Below the pieces are notes generated by a model, which did not search any database, was not told the origin of the DNA, and saw only the letters and a list, made by a program, of their open reading frames with translations. The position numbers and the translations under genes were made by a program. From Glaucostegus cemiculus (taxonomy: Eukaryota), in the NCBI GenBank assembly GCA_976551045.1, contig CDPCPM010000103.1, forward strand, positions 11,594,001 through 11,658,000: a stretch of 64,000 nt of DNA, written 5' to 3'. Positions 24,317-35,649 of the stretch are shown here, piece by piece (the first letter of the stretch is position 1; each line of letters begins with the position of its first letter).

Positions 24317-25219
24317 TCATTTACAGCTCGACTGGGCAGTGTCCTCCGCGGTCAGTTTGAAGTCCAAAGGTTTAAGTAGATGGGATATGGGCAATTCGTC
24401 CAACCCCTCCGGGAATTTCTCAGGAGCTATGGCCGCGATTAAAGTCTGCATGGCCTTTACGAAGAGCGGCGGCGGGCTGCGGCCCGACAGCCACTGAAAG
24501 AGGTCCGGGGTCAGCAAACTCTGCCAGAGGCCGACGTTGCTTCTGAGTGCCGCCTTCATTTTGAACTTGAGTTCTGGCATGAAGAGCAGGAGGCTGTGCA
24601 GGCAGGCGTGCATCCTCGGCAGCTCCAGCCGGCTGTCGCACAGCTGCAGGAGTAGTGTGTCCAGCGGGGTGTTGCCCTCGCAGTCCGTGATGTAGGGGGA
24701 GGAACCGTGCGCCAGCAGCAGGGGCAAGCACTCGGCTCTCGCCAGCTCACAGGCCACATGCAGCGGCGTCTTGCCGCTCTCCACATGCACGCAGCCCCTG
24801 CGGTTGATGTAATCCGAGCGGTTGATGCCGGGACAGTCCCGCAGGCATTTCAGGAGGTGTCCCAGGGTGGCGACTCGGTTGTAGCGCACGGCCATGGCGA
24901 GGTGCGGCGCCGAGGAGCGGCAGCAGCAGAAGCTGTCGCTGGGCACAGCCAGCGCCGCCCGCGGGTGCTGCCTCAGCAGGTACTGGCCGTAGCGCTGGTG
25001 GTCGTGCACCAGGGCGTAGAGCAGGGCTTCGGACGGCGAGTAGGCGCTCATCCGGCCGCCCTCCTCCCAGTGAAACACCTCCATGGTCCTCATTTCCTCC
25101 AGGATCCAGACGGGCAGGAGGTCCCGCACCGCCTGGTAGAAGGCGAAGGATGACTTCTTGCAGCGCTTCTGGCAGCGGTAATCGCGGCCGTGGGTCGGGG
25201 TGCCCAGGTCCCAGGGCAT
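24317..25219 (-). CDS. ANKRD9: Ankyrin repeat domain-containing protein 9 (300 aa), uninterrupted CDS
   Basis: MPWD..KSSFAFYQAVRDLLPVW..YSPSEALLYALVHDH..AVRYNR..TPLHVACELARAECL..FQWLSG..LDELP..PLD matches vertebrate ANKRD9. The ATG at 25219 is in Kozak context gtcaccATG; TGA is at 24317-24319. Confidence 0.95.
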   Translation of the reverse strand: MPWDLGTPTHGRDYRCQKRCKKSSFAFYQAVRDLLPVWILEEMRTMEVFHWEEGGRMSAYSPSEALLYALVHDHQRYGQYLLRQHPRAALAVPSDSFCCCRSSAPHLAMAVRYNRVATLGHLLKCLRDCPGINRSDYINRRGCVHVESGKTPLHVACELARAECLPLLLAHGSSPYITDCEGNTPLDTLLLQLCDSRLELPRMHACLHSLLLFMPELKFKMKAALRSNVGLWQSLLTPDLFQWLSGRSPPPLFVKAMQTLIAAIAPEKFPEGLDELPISHLLKPLDFKLTAEDTAQSSCK

Positions 25220-26120
25220 GGTGACAGGGCTCCGGCACCCGGCCTCTGACCCGTCTCCAAGGCGACGTGAAGCTTCTCTCCCCCAAACTCGCACTTGTCG
25301 GACTCCCTGGCAACAGGTTGGCGACTCCAGTCGTTGCTGCTGCCGGTTCCTGGGAAGCCGCTGTCCCGGGACTCGGTGCTGCGGCGGCAGCCGGGCTCTG
25401 GGCTCCTGTCAACCCCTTTATAGGAACGGTCCCCCGGGCGGGGGCTCCAGCATTGGCCGTCCTCGACACACCGCCCTGATCCTGACTAATGACAGAGCTG
25501 CAGCGGGAACACCCTCTCACTGTCTGTAAACTGATACTGAAACCACATCCTACGAGGAGTCAAACAAACCCCGCAGGCGGATTGCGTGAGCAGTATTCCA
25601 TTACCACCCTTGTTTTCACCTTATCCCTCCCGATATACACCCTTATTTTACCTTTATATTTAATTTAAAAAAAATTACCTTAAACTTAGGACTGTCGACG
25701 CGTTGAAGCGGAAACTCTGAAACGCACCGCTCCACGAGTTATTACTTGTTTACGACGGGAAGAGGCCCCTTTAAAAAGAAATTATGGGATGCGTCGACAT
25801 CACTAAAACCCAGGAACTGGGATTCACCGACAATTCTCTCCTCCCTCCGCGGAACCCGCTGACTGCAGCCAAGTGTCTCACTGATCTTTGGCGGGGAAAT
25901 GGCGGAGAGACATAAAGTTAGAATAGGGGCGAATTGTACTTATACAGAGAATTTAATCACTCCCAGACTTCGCTCAGTTTTTCAAATCTCGTCTTTGTCT
26001 TAAGGGAGGTAATCTCGCCCGCAGTTAGTGCAGTGTCGTCCCGGAGCAGTGTCCAAAGCGCGGGAGGAACTCAGCGGGTCAGACAGCATCTGTGGCGGGA
26101 AATGGACAGGCGATGGTTCG
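24340..26120. promoter_or_regulatory. CpG island covering ANKRD9 and its upstream region
   Basis: Abrupt rise in GC and CpG density against the AT-rich, CpG-depleted background. Confidence 0.8.
25415..25456 (-). promoter_or_regulatory. ANKRD9 core promoter: CCAAT box, GC box, TATA box overlapping a CArG box
   Basis: Minus CCAAT at 25452-25456, GGGCGGGG at ~25436-25443, minus TATAAA at 25417-25422 inside CCTTTATAGG (25415-25424). This is ~200 nt upstream of the ATG. Confidence 0.65.
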
Positions 26121-26680
26121 GGTCGAGACCATTCATGTGGACCGAATGATAGAGGGGAGAAGGCCAGTGAAGAGAGGTGAGGGGAAGGGGTGGACAAAAG
26201 CTGGCAGGTGATAGGTGCATCTAGGTAAGGGGTGAGAAGCAGATGGGGGAAGAGAAACAGAAGAGTGGAAGGGAAGAGTGGAAATGTCAGGAGGTGGTGA
26301 TAGGTGGGACAGAGGGCTGAAGATGATGGAATCTGATAGGAGAGGGAGGGAGGTGGGGAGGGGAATAAAGGGAGGGAGTGGGGAGGGGAAGCAGTGGGAG
26401 GAGTGTAAGGGGTCGATGGGCAGAGGGAGATGGTTTTACCAGCATATTCTGCTTATGTTGCATCCTCCTGCCATCATATTTACGGAAAGTCAAAGGACTA
26501 CAGCTGCTAGAAATGTGAAATAAAAGCCAGAAAATGCAGGAAACACTCAGTAGATCAGGCAGTATCTGTGAAAAAGAGGTCCTGTTTCAGGTTAAAAACC
26601 CTTCGTCCAAACTAGTTTTAATTTGGAGAGAAGGTGGGGGAGGAAAGAACAGGACAAAAGGAACATCTCTGATAGGTCTG
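26058..26680 (-). mobile_element. Two Penelope-like terminal fragments
   Basis: ggaggaactcagcgggtcagacagcatc..ggttcgggtcgagaccattcatg plus a purine-rich tract. A second module lies at ~26490-26610. Confidence 0.65.
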
Positions 26681-27681
26681 CCATGGAGATGTTGAAGCAG
26701 ACACCTGGTTACTGGCTTAATGAAGGCATTAATAGAAATTAATGCACTATTTCATGGAAATAAAGCTATTATTAGGATCAGTTTTGTTTTGATGAGATAA
26801 AAATGAAATCATTCTAAAATACAACTTTAAAACTCACTGAAAGTAGGAAAAACCTGTCCAGAATTAGACTGCTGAATTCAATATTTGCATACAACTACAA
26901 AATGGTACCATCAGACTGAGGCATCAGGCTGATTGCGGGCTATCAGCAATGGGGGGGAATATCATACCCCAGACAACACCCATATTTCCTTTCGTTTTGT
27001 CAAGATTCAGAGTTCCCCTTTAAAGCTTTCTTCTCAATAATGATTTCTGACCAATCTCCCTTCAACAACCCAGTTTGGCATGATAAAACTTAGCAACTCC
27101 CAAACCACTTCTCCACTGAATCCCAGGCTTATCCCACTCTTCCATCATAACCCTATCCACTGATAACAAAACCCAGGACTTCTCCCAGCAAACCAAATGC
27201 TACTCACTGCTACTAAATACAGGGTAACTATTTCCACATCTTATGCCTTAAGATGACACAGTATAATAATTAAATAGGTACCATTATATATTTATTTTAC
27301 CAGAATAATGGAGGCTCATGTAATTTAATTGCAAAGATTATAGCAAGAAAAGATTGTATCAACAGAATGAGACACCCAATTTGCATAAATCAGCAGGCTG
27401 AAGATTTGGCTTGATTTGATACTACTTTATGCTGGAATTGCCATCCTGATCCTATTCCATCAGACTGGCACAGGATCCAAAACTCTATTGGCTGAATGAG
27501 GAATTTAGGAGAAATTTGTTTAGGTTAGAAATAAATTTTTAAAAATCCAGCTAACTTTAAAATATGTACTTCAATTTTTAAATGCCTCCAAGTATCAGTT
27601 TTGACTGAAGGCTCCATCCTTTCACCTCTGTACTGTTTGTTGTCAGTAGATTGCTCAGAAGCACACTCAGATTGCTCAAAC

Positions 27682-28160
27682 TTGGCACAGCTAGAAGAAC
27701 CACTGTATCATAGCACCAGGGACCCATGTTCAATCCTGGCATTGGGTGCTGTCTATATGGAGTTTGCATGTTATCCCTGTGACGGCAGGGGATTTCTCCC
27801 ACATCCCAAAGGTGTACTAGTTGGTAGGTTAATTGGAGCATCTTCTAACACAATATTGGCCTGGATAACACAAAGTCCAGAATCATCCACGGTCCCTGTA
27901 TGCCTACCCTTACCTTGACACTTAGAACAGATGTGCAGGTTCTATCTCACTATCATAGAGTCATTGAAGGATACAGTACAGAAACAGTACATAAATTGCC
28001 CCTAGTATGTAGCTAAATGGTAGAATTTGGGAAATTAATGTAAAGAATGGGGAGTGATGAGAATAAAAGTTGGGATTAATGTAGGATTAGTGCAAATGAG
28101 TGGTTGGTGGTCAGAGTGGCTGAAGGGATGGTTTATATACTGTATCCTTCTATGACCATG
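27682..28160 (+). mobile_element. Old V-SINE containing an inverted templated insert
   Basis: tggcacagct..gttcaatcc..ggagtttgcatgtt..ggttaattgg [insert] taaattgccccta..CR1-type tail. Confidence 0.7.
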
Positions 28161-28273
28161 AGATAGACCAGATATGCAGGGTTTAAGTATCAAGGTAAGG
28201 GTAGGCATACAGGGACCATGGATGATTCTTGACCTTGTGTTAACCAGCCCAATACGTGTTAGCAGATGCTCCA
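27834..28273. repeat. Long imperfect inverted repeat (arms 27834-27985 and 28131-28273)
   Basis: agaatcatccacggtccctgtatgcctacccttaccttga matches the reverse complement of tcaaggtaagggtaggcatacagggaccatggatgattct. The homology extends out to tggagcatc/gatgctcca. Confidence 0.9.
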
Positions 28274-29621
28274 TCACTTGCAGATCCAGAGTATGATGAA
28301 ATACTCTCATCTGAAAATGATGCAATTACCACAGCACAAAAAAACACAACTTTACCCAGAACTATAACCCGCTTTATCAGCACCTCACCCAGTGGCTTAA
28401 ATCATCTTCTCACTTCACAATTAGCATACTGCGGTTGAAATGTTGACTAGTTAAGGATGCCCTGCAGCAAGTTTCTAGGGGCTCTTGGCAGCAAACCCAA
28501 GCCTAAATGTATTCTTTCCTTCTCAGGGAGGGAACATAAAGTGTATGGGAATAATGTCAATCTTCAGTTTCCAGCTTGGTTAATGCCCTTCTTAATTAGA
28601 TACAAATCATTATTCCTTCATCACTGTGGGGAGAACATCCTAGGACCTCCTATTTATCATCTCATGGAATGCATAAAACCAAGATGATTCACCAGTTCAG
28701 GGCCATAATTATCCAACTCACCAACAAAGCCCTGAAACAAACTGAAGTAAAAATCCATTCAAAAGCTATAACTCCCCAAATATTTTTGTTTGCATGCAGA
28801 AAAAATTGATTTATCACTGATGTGTTCTGAAAGCTAGTAATATAAACCAAAGAATTTTTTAAAAGTCCGCTATAGAAGCTACCCATTTTTTTTTTTACCT
28901 TAAATTTATTTTGCAAGTTGCCACCTGAATTTTAAATCCTGTGGCTATCTGACAGCAATATGCATCTGTCAAAGAAGCATTTTAATAAAATTGTTTTGAT
29001 TGATTTTCAAAACAGCACCAGTGAGCAGGATCTGTTTACACGCTGTTAGTGAAGACTCGTGGAGGTGGCACTTTGTGGGTCAATAGGGCATAGTGTTAAA
29101 TGCAAAGTGACACAGTACAAACAGCACTTGGGGCTTGGCATCAATTAGTGGTGTCACATTTGTAGAAGGAGAAAACATGTTAAAACACCACAATTTACTG
29201 TATTTTCTATGCTATCATTCTTTTTTTTTCCAATTTTTTTTTCAGTGGCTTGATAAGCCAAGTGACCTATTTCTGCTCCTAATTCATTTGTTAATATGTA
29301 ACCGTTCAGTCAATGTTCAATGTTCCTCCATCATGATCCCCTGGTATACTTTATCACAACAGCAGAGAGAAAATAATTCAGAGACAGGGGTGAAAGTAAC
29401 ATTTGGTACAGCTGAGTAGAGGTGACAGCACAGGGGGGGGGCAGGGAGAGTGGTCCTGAAAACATTCAGCATCAGGTCCAGATGTTGTAAACTTTCCCTA
29501 AGTTGAACACAAGATTACCACTTATCATTTTCCTACAGCTGTTGAATTAGTACTGTGATGAACAGTATTTATGGCGCAGAATGCACTTTGGGTGACAGCT
29601 TCAGTGTCCATCACTAAGAGC

Positions 29622-29916
29622 AGCTTACGGTAGCATAGTGGTTAGCACAATTGCTTTACAGCGCCAGCGACCCGGGTTCAAATCTGGCCATTGTCTGTAA
29701 GGAGTTTGTACGTTCTCCCCATGTCTGTGTGGGTTTCCTCCGGGTGCTCCGGTTTCCTCCCACGTTCCAAAGACGTACAGGTTAAGAAGTCATGGGCATG
29801 CTATGTTGGCGCTGGAAGCGTGGCAACACTTGCAGGCTGCCCCCCCAAAAATCACTACGCAAAAGATGTATTTCACTGTGTTTCGATGTACATGTGACTA
29901 ATAAAGATCTTACCTT
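29622..29916 (+). mobile_element. V-SINE with alternative tail (same family as 21796-22088)
   Basis: acggtagcatagtggttagc..gggttcaaatc..gtacatgtgactaataaagatcttacctta. Confidence 0.9.
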
Positions 29917-30220
29917 AGCAGCAGAGTCAGAGGCTGAGCCCAATCAGTTTGCAAGAACAACACCAGTGATAAACCTACTTGACTTCAGACAATAAATCAC
30001 CTGACACAGCTGGCCTCACCAATGTTGGTGGTAATGACTTGGTACGAAGTCAAATGCACAGTCCAATGTTTTGCTGAACTGCCAGAGTGTTAACTGAGAT
30101 CAATTCAGAACATATCCAGCAGCTCAGAAATGTATCTTCATCAGGCACTATAGGCCATCAGCTGCAGGATCTGCCAGCTCATGGCATAAAATATCCCTCA
30201 CTTCACTACTGCCATCCAGT

Positions 30221-30332
30221 TTGGTTCAATATGTAGACAAGCATACTAGCAGTGACAGACATAACTAAAAATGAGGTTGGTTCAATATGTAGACAAGCAT
30301 ACTAGCAGTGACAGACATAACTAAAAATGAGG
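30221..30332. repeat. Perfect 56-bp tandem duplication
   Basis: ttggttcaatatgtagacaagcatactagcagtgacagacataactaaaaatgagg occurs at 30221 and 30277. Confidence 0.95.
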
Positions 30333-31080
30333 TGTTAAACTGTACCAGATTCTACACATGCTGAATAGTAGCAACAACACAATGTAACCAAAGCTAACTG
30401 ACCTCACAACCAACAGATAAAATCTCTTTCAGCCAGAATGCTGTCAGCCTTCTCACAAGATCCACACCTTCACAGACACAAACTTGCAGTCAACTTATTT
30501 CACTCCCAGACATCAGGGGATAAAACAGACCATGGACATGAATACCTCCCAGAGGTAACTGAGGTGCTCCAGAACCAGCTTCATATCCACCAAATCTGCT
30601 CCAATACAGCGACAACACTGGTACCATCCAATGGAGCAGATGCAAGAAATCCAAAACAAAAACAGAATGATGGAAGTACATGGCAGATCAAGTAGCCTTG
30701 GTGGGGAGGGAAACAGTGTGCTTTAAGCTGCAGAGAACAGAGGCAAGAAGGCACATGGGAATGTCACCACTTGAAAGTTCCTTTCCAATTCACACACAAT
30801 CTTAACTTGGAAATATATTGCTTTTCTTCACTGTTTGTTAAAGTTCTGGAACTCTCCAAGTAACAGCATCATGAGATGATATTCACCACTCATATTGCAA
30901 TAATTCAAGGTGATTCTCATCATTCACGTCCACTAACTAAAATTAATGAAAAATGAGGTACAATTGTTTTTAGGTCATCTTTAATTCTTGAACTGTCAAC
31001 TTCAGAATTTGTAGCTTAAACTAAAGGAGGAACTTTAACAAATAAAACAAAAACAAATGTAAAAAGGATCCTTTAGTTTT

Positions 31081-31086
31081 TTTATT
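31081..31086 (-). terminator. Candidate TECPR2 polyadenylation signal (AATAAA)
   Basis: Minus AATAAA followed by U/GU-rich tttttacatttgtttttgttttatttg, at the end of a ~2.8-kb AT-rich, repeat-free tract after the stop codon. Confidence 0.5.
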
Positions 31087-33860
31087 TCACTTTTGCTAGA
31101 GTATGCAAACAAGTACAGGAAGTATTTTAGGAACAGGACTATTTTTGAAACACAAATGTAAAACATTATAAACTTTAAAATTAAGTTTTGTTGTTAGTTG
31201 TAATGATAATTCAGTCATAAATAATAGTTTAAATATACATCATGCATGTAGTACATTTCTGGTTATAACATAGCTTAAATACCCCCAAAGCTTTTTTCCT
31301 GTGAATTCAGCCACAGCCAAGACTCTCAATTATCTACAAATTACATTTTATTATCTACAAGTATTCTGGACAGCAAAAGATTTTAAATGAAATGTCAGAA
31401 AAGGCCACAAGCATGTAAAGCTGCAATGCCATGTTAATGCATACAATCCTTTGAAAGTCTTAAAGCAGCACATTACTCACTCAAAATATTACCCTCATCC
31501 AGTCACAGGATTAACAATCACAGTAAATTTAACACAATGTACTACTTGAGACATTTTTATAAACAGCTTAAAAATATTTTACATTTGTATACTGCATCTA
31601 AGACATTGAATGAGTAACAATTACTAGGATTCTTTCAAAGAATGAAAATTAAGTTGAGCAAATGAGTTTTTTTTAAATAATACATTAGAATTCTCTGCAT
31701 CTTTAAGGAAGTGGTAAACCAGTTAACACACACTGGTTAGTAATTTTAGATGTGCAAACTAATTTTCTAACATAGCAAACTTTTGCAATTTCAATACTCT
31801 AGTTGGAGCTATTATTTTTAAAAAATCTTTTCACATTGAATTTAAATTGTTTTATGCCCAAGTGAGAAAGTCCAGGGGAAATCAAGCACTTCCATATTTA
31901 GCTTCTTAGTGTCATATTCACATATTATTTTCAGCTTAGAGTATATCCAAAAAGCCCAGTGTAATTATTTACAGTCCACACACAGTGATGGTGGTTATGG
32001 GGAGGGCCAAAACTATACAAAACTCATTTGATTGAACATAATTAAACCCAACAAAAACAAAAGACCATTCATTAATGTGGCCCAAATTGAAACTCAGAAT
32101 ATTTTGCAAACCCATATTATCCAGTTCTCTATTTTTAAAATCATATTTTCAGTTTCACCCACCTAAAAATCACACTTTACATTCATAAAACTTTTAAACA
32201 GACTTTGATAAACATTCAGCTTACTGGGTTCCAAGGTAAAGGAGAATGATCAGACAAGTGGGCTTCTCATTCCCTGCAGAGCATCAACCATCAGCACAGA
32301 ACGATCTTTCAGGAGTTTACATTTTTTTCAGACACTTATCTGGAAATCTGGCATGTACTGCTCCACAACTACAATGCTGATTACACAAATCCTTTGTAGC
32401 TTAAAGGATTTATATACAAAGTTGAATAAAAGGGCTGCTTTATAAAGGCTACATTTCAGAATGAACTAGCAATGTTTGGGCAACTGAATTAATGTTCCAT
32501 CTACTGTTAGCTTTTTACAAAATGTGCTTTTGTTTGTGGAATATTTAACTTTCTACAATTAATTCATTTTTGGATATTTCATACTGTCATTTATACTAAA
32601 GAAAATTGTCATTGACAGACTTCCAGAACAAAAGTTAGGCATTACAGTATAATAGGACACAACATACAATACAATAAATGCAAGAAATCACTTTATAATG
32701 TTACCTCAAAATCTAAGTATGTAATTTCACAAAATACACAGTAGAAATGCTCAAAGTGCAAATTGCAACTGACTAAACTTTCAGAATGTACAGAAACTGC
32801 ATCTCATCTGTACATAAGCATCTGGTTAATATTTATCTGGAAAGTGTAAACATTGTTACTTTTGCAGTGGGCTAGGCAAAAAGCATCACTCATCATTTTG
32901 GCTATAACTTATTTATAGCTTAGTTCCACCACTTCTTAAAAGGAGTAAAAAAAAGTCAAAATTCACTAAAACCTCAAATTATTACTACAGTTGTGCACAT
33001 TTACTATTTACAATAATTGATATTTAACATAAGGCTTTTTTTGGAAGATAGCATAATAATTCAACAGCAAATGTAAATAAATGTACAACTTATTTCTAAG
33101 AAACTTTAAATCAGTCAGCATTTTGATAATGTTCTGTTTTGATATCTACAATTATTGTCTTTTTTTCGGATTTTACTGTCAGATACCAATACCTTATGGC
33201 CCAAATTGCTCCAAATTATCTCACTACAGTATTGTATAATATTATTGTACCCAAGTTTACTACTTAAAATCCATGATAGAATGATATTTTAAATTGGAAA
33301 TTTCTGGCTTCCAGTCATAGAAATTAATTTGAGTTCCATGTGACTCTAAGTTCAGGGAAATGCACATGCTTTCACTATAGCTACATCTTGGGTGTAGATG
33401 AATCACTGAAAAAAATCATTTTACTCCATAAAATACACATTCATATCCATATGAAACAACAAAACAATATGCAAAGCTTTCAAGTAATGTGGGTATGTCA
33501 AACAGCTGCAGGAAAGCAACAATTCAGAGGCATTTATATGGATTAGTAAATGATTGGCAACAATGCCAGTCCAAATATGGTATTCTGTCAGGAGCATACT
33601 CTGGCAGTAGTTGTCCAATCTGAGGGCAAGACTCCAAGCACTTCAGTTGCTTGACTGAACAATGTAGCAATCTGTATATACCAATACTGGCAGAAACCCC
33701 AAAGCCATATAATTATAACAATAATAATGTACAAATATGTACAAAACTTTAACCAAATGCAATATTTAACCTTAATAGGCTTAAGATTGTATACAGAAAG
33801 AAAATGTGAAATGTTTGATTACATGGTCTTAAATGCTACAAAAAGCTCTGCTTCCAATCT

Positions 33861-34018
33861 TCAGATAATCTCCCACTCATCATCAAAGTCGTCACATTGG
33901 CCCAAAACTACATTACGGTTGGGGTTAACCAATGAATCTGTATGGCTAAAGTTCTTGGTAAGTCGTTGAAGGAGGGAACCTCCATTACTAATGCCCCACA
34001 GTTCATCTTGAGGAGTCA
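33861..34018 (-). CDS. TECPR2: TECPR2 terminal coding exon
   Basis: Acceptor cccacatag|TG. Encodes (V)TPQDELWGISNGGSLLQRLTKNFSH..DDFDDEWEII-stop, with the C-terminal LIR corresponding to human EDEWEVI. Confidence 0.95.
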
Positions 34019-34163
34019 CTATGTGGGAAGTGAGAACAAAATATGATACTAACAACTTAAACACAAGAAGCTCAAAAACAAATCTAAATACTATGACCCA
34101 GTTATCCTTGGAGTTACTCATATTTTCATAATGCTGTATCAAGACAAAAGGTGTATATTTTCT

Positions 34164-34478
34164 TCAGAATCAGTTTTATTGCCACAACCATATACATATA
34201 TAGTATGCATAGGAGCGAGATACCGCCCTCCTCAGGTGCTCGTCCCATTAAATAACAACCAACAGAGACACACATACACACTTAACAGAATAAACATTAA
34301 AAAACATTAAACATTAAAAACTACGGAAGTTAAAATTAAATTAATACGCAGATTAAAAATGGCTGGTAAATAAATAAATAGTTATTAAAGTGAACGGGCT
34401 GGTGTCGGGCATTTAAAGTGCTGGTGCATTTCTGTGCACCTAGCATCTCTTAGTGTTAACAAAGGAAGATGGAGGGAT
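34164..34478 (-). mobile_element. 5'-truncated Rex1/Babar 3' end in the last TECPR2 intron
   Basis: Near-identical reverse complement of ~56838-57162; TCAGAA is present at both junctions. Confidence 0.9.
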
Positions 34479-34759
34479 CAGAAAAGTTATCAGAAATTTG
34501 TAGCAAAAGTCATTTCATTTTTCAAAAAGATGGTATGTGTAAAGTATCATAATTGCCAAATAATTACTTCATAACAATGAGAAGACAGCACAACAGCAGT
34601 CAATGGTAACAGTGATAACAGACAGGTTAGTGCATGTAGCAATCTTGAAATGGTTATACAAATCAACTTGTAGGTTTTTAAACCACTTTAATCAAATCTC
34701 AGTCACTATGTTACTCTGATTGCAGAAATAAATATTAGATGAAATAACTTACAACTTAC

Positions 34760-34909
34760 CTGTTATGCAAGCCACATTGCCAGGAATCTTTTTCCAATAA
34801 TCACCCGGAGGATTTTTGTTAGTTATTCCATAACGACGTGCCACATCCCCATTACAACAACGCACCCAAACTGTTCTGTTGCTCACAGTTAACTGACTTG
34901 CCTGCAAAC
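34760..34909 (-). CDS. TECPR2: TECPR2 coding exon (150 nt)
   Basis: gtacag|GT TTG...ACA G|gtaagt. Encodes GLQASQLTVSNRTVWVRCCNGDVARRYGITNKNPPGDYWKKIPGNVACIT. Confidence 0.95.
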
Positions 34910-35649
34910 CTGTACAAACAATTTGACAAGTTATTGTTTTGCTATATTAAAGCAGCTTTTCATTTAAATTATATAAATTGCAGGGTTTGTGGATGAAGTA
35001 TTGAAACCAAAATAGTTTTTACTGTGGAGCAATTAATTCCTCCTGCTGATCCAATTATTTAAAAATTTCCTTAAAAAAATCATTTATCATTATACACCAT
35101 CCTCCAACTGTATTTCAGTGGAGGAGGAAGTACAACTTAACTTGCCTCTGTGTAAGAAAGCTGAGGAAGTTTGCAGCCTAACAATTGGGGGATATTTGGG
35201 AAACAGAAATTCTGCCAAAATTAGAGTGTGCGCAAGAAGAGAAACTTTGTCCAGAATGAAATAAAAACAAAAGAATTAGATCAGTAATATGAAATATTTC
35301 AAACAGAAATTGCAAATAGTAAAACTCAAACATTTCAATATAGGAAACAGAATTGAAATGCTGGGTAAATACATTCATAATGAACATACATTAAAAGGGA
35401 TAGCATTTACATGGTGGATAATAACATCTCTCAACAAATATGTGAAAAGGGAAATCTAAAGGCTAAGAGGAACTACAAATGATAAGTTAATTGTCTGAAA
35501 ATGCAATAAAAAGTTATGTTTTATAAAATTAGCATAATGTTGCAGTAAGAGTTTAGCCTAATTCTGCTCCTATGTCTGCTGAGATTATGCTGGAAATCTT
35601 ACAGTGGAGGTTAAACATACCAGAAGTATCATGAAAATTTTTTACAAAT

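Noticed and set aside
25220-25294. 25-aa N-terminal extension of ANKRD9 in the ORF track
   Set aside because: It starts at GTG. Homology and Kozak context both point to the ATG at 25219 (MPWD).
24420-25529. Overlapping alternative-frame and antisense ORFs (257, 148, 109, 103 aa)
   Set aside because: These are shadow ORFs caused by the high GC3 of ANKRD9, with no recognisable domains.
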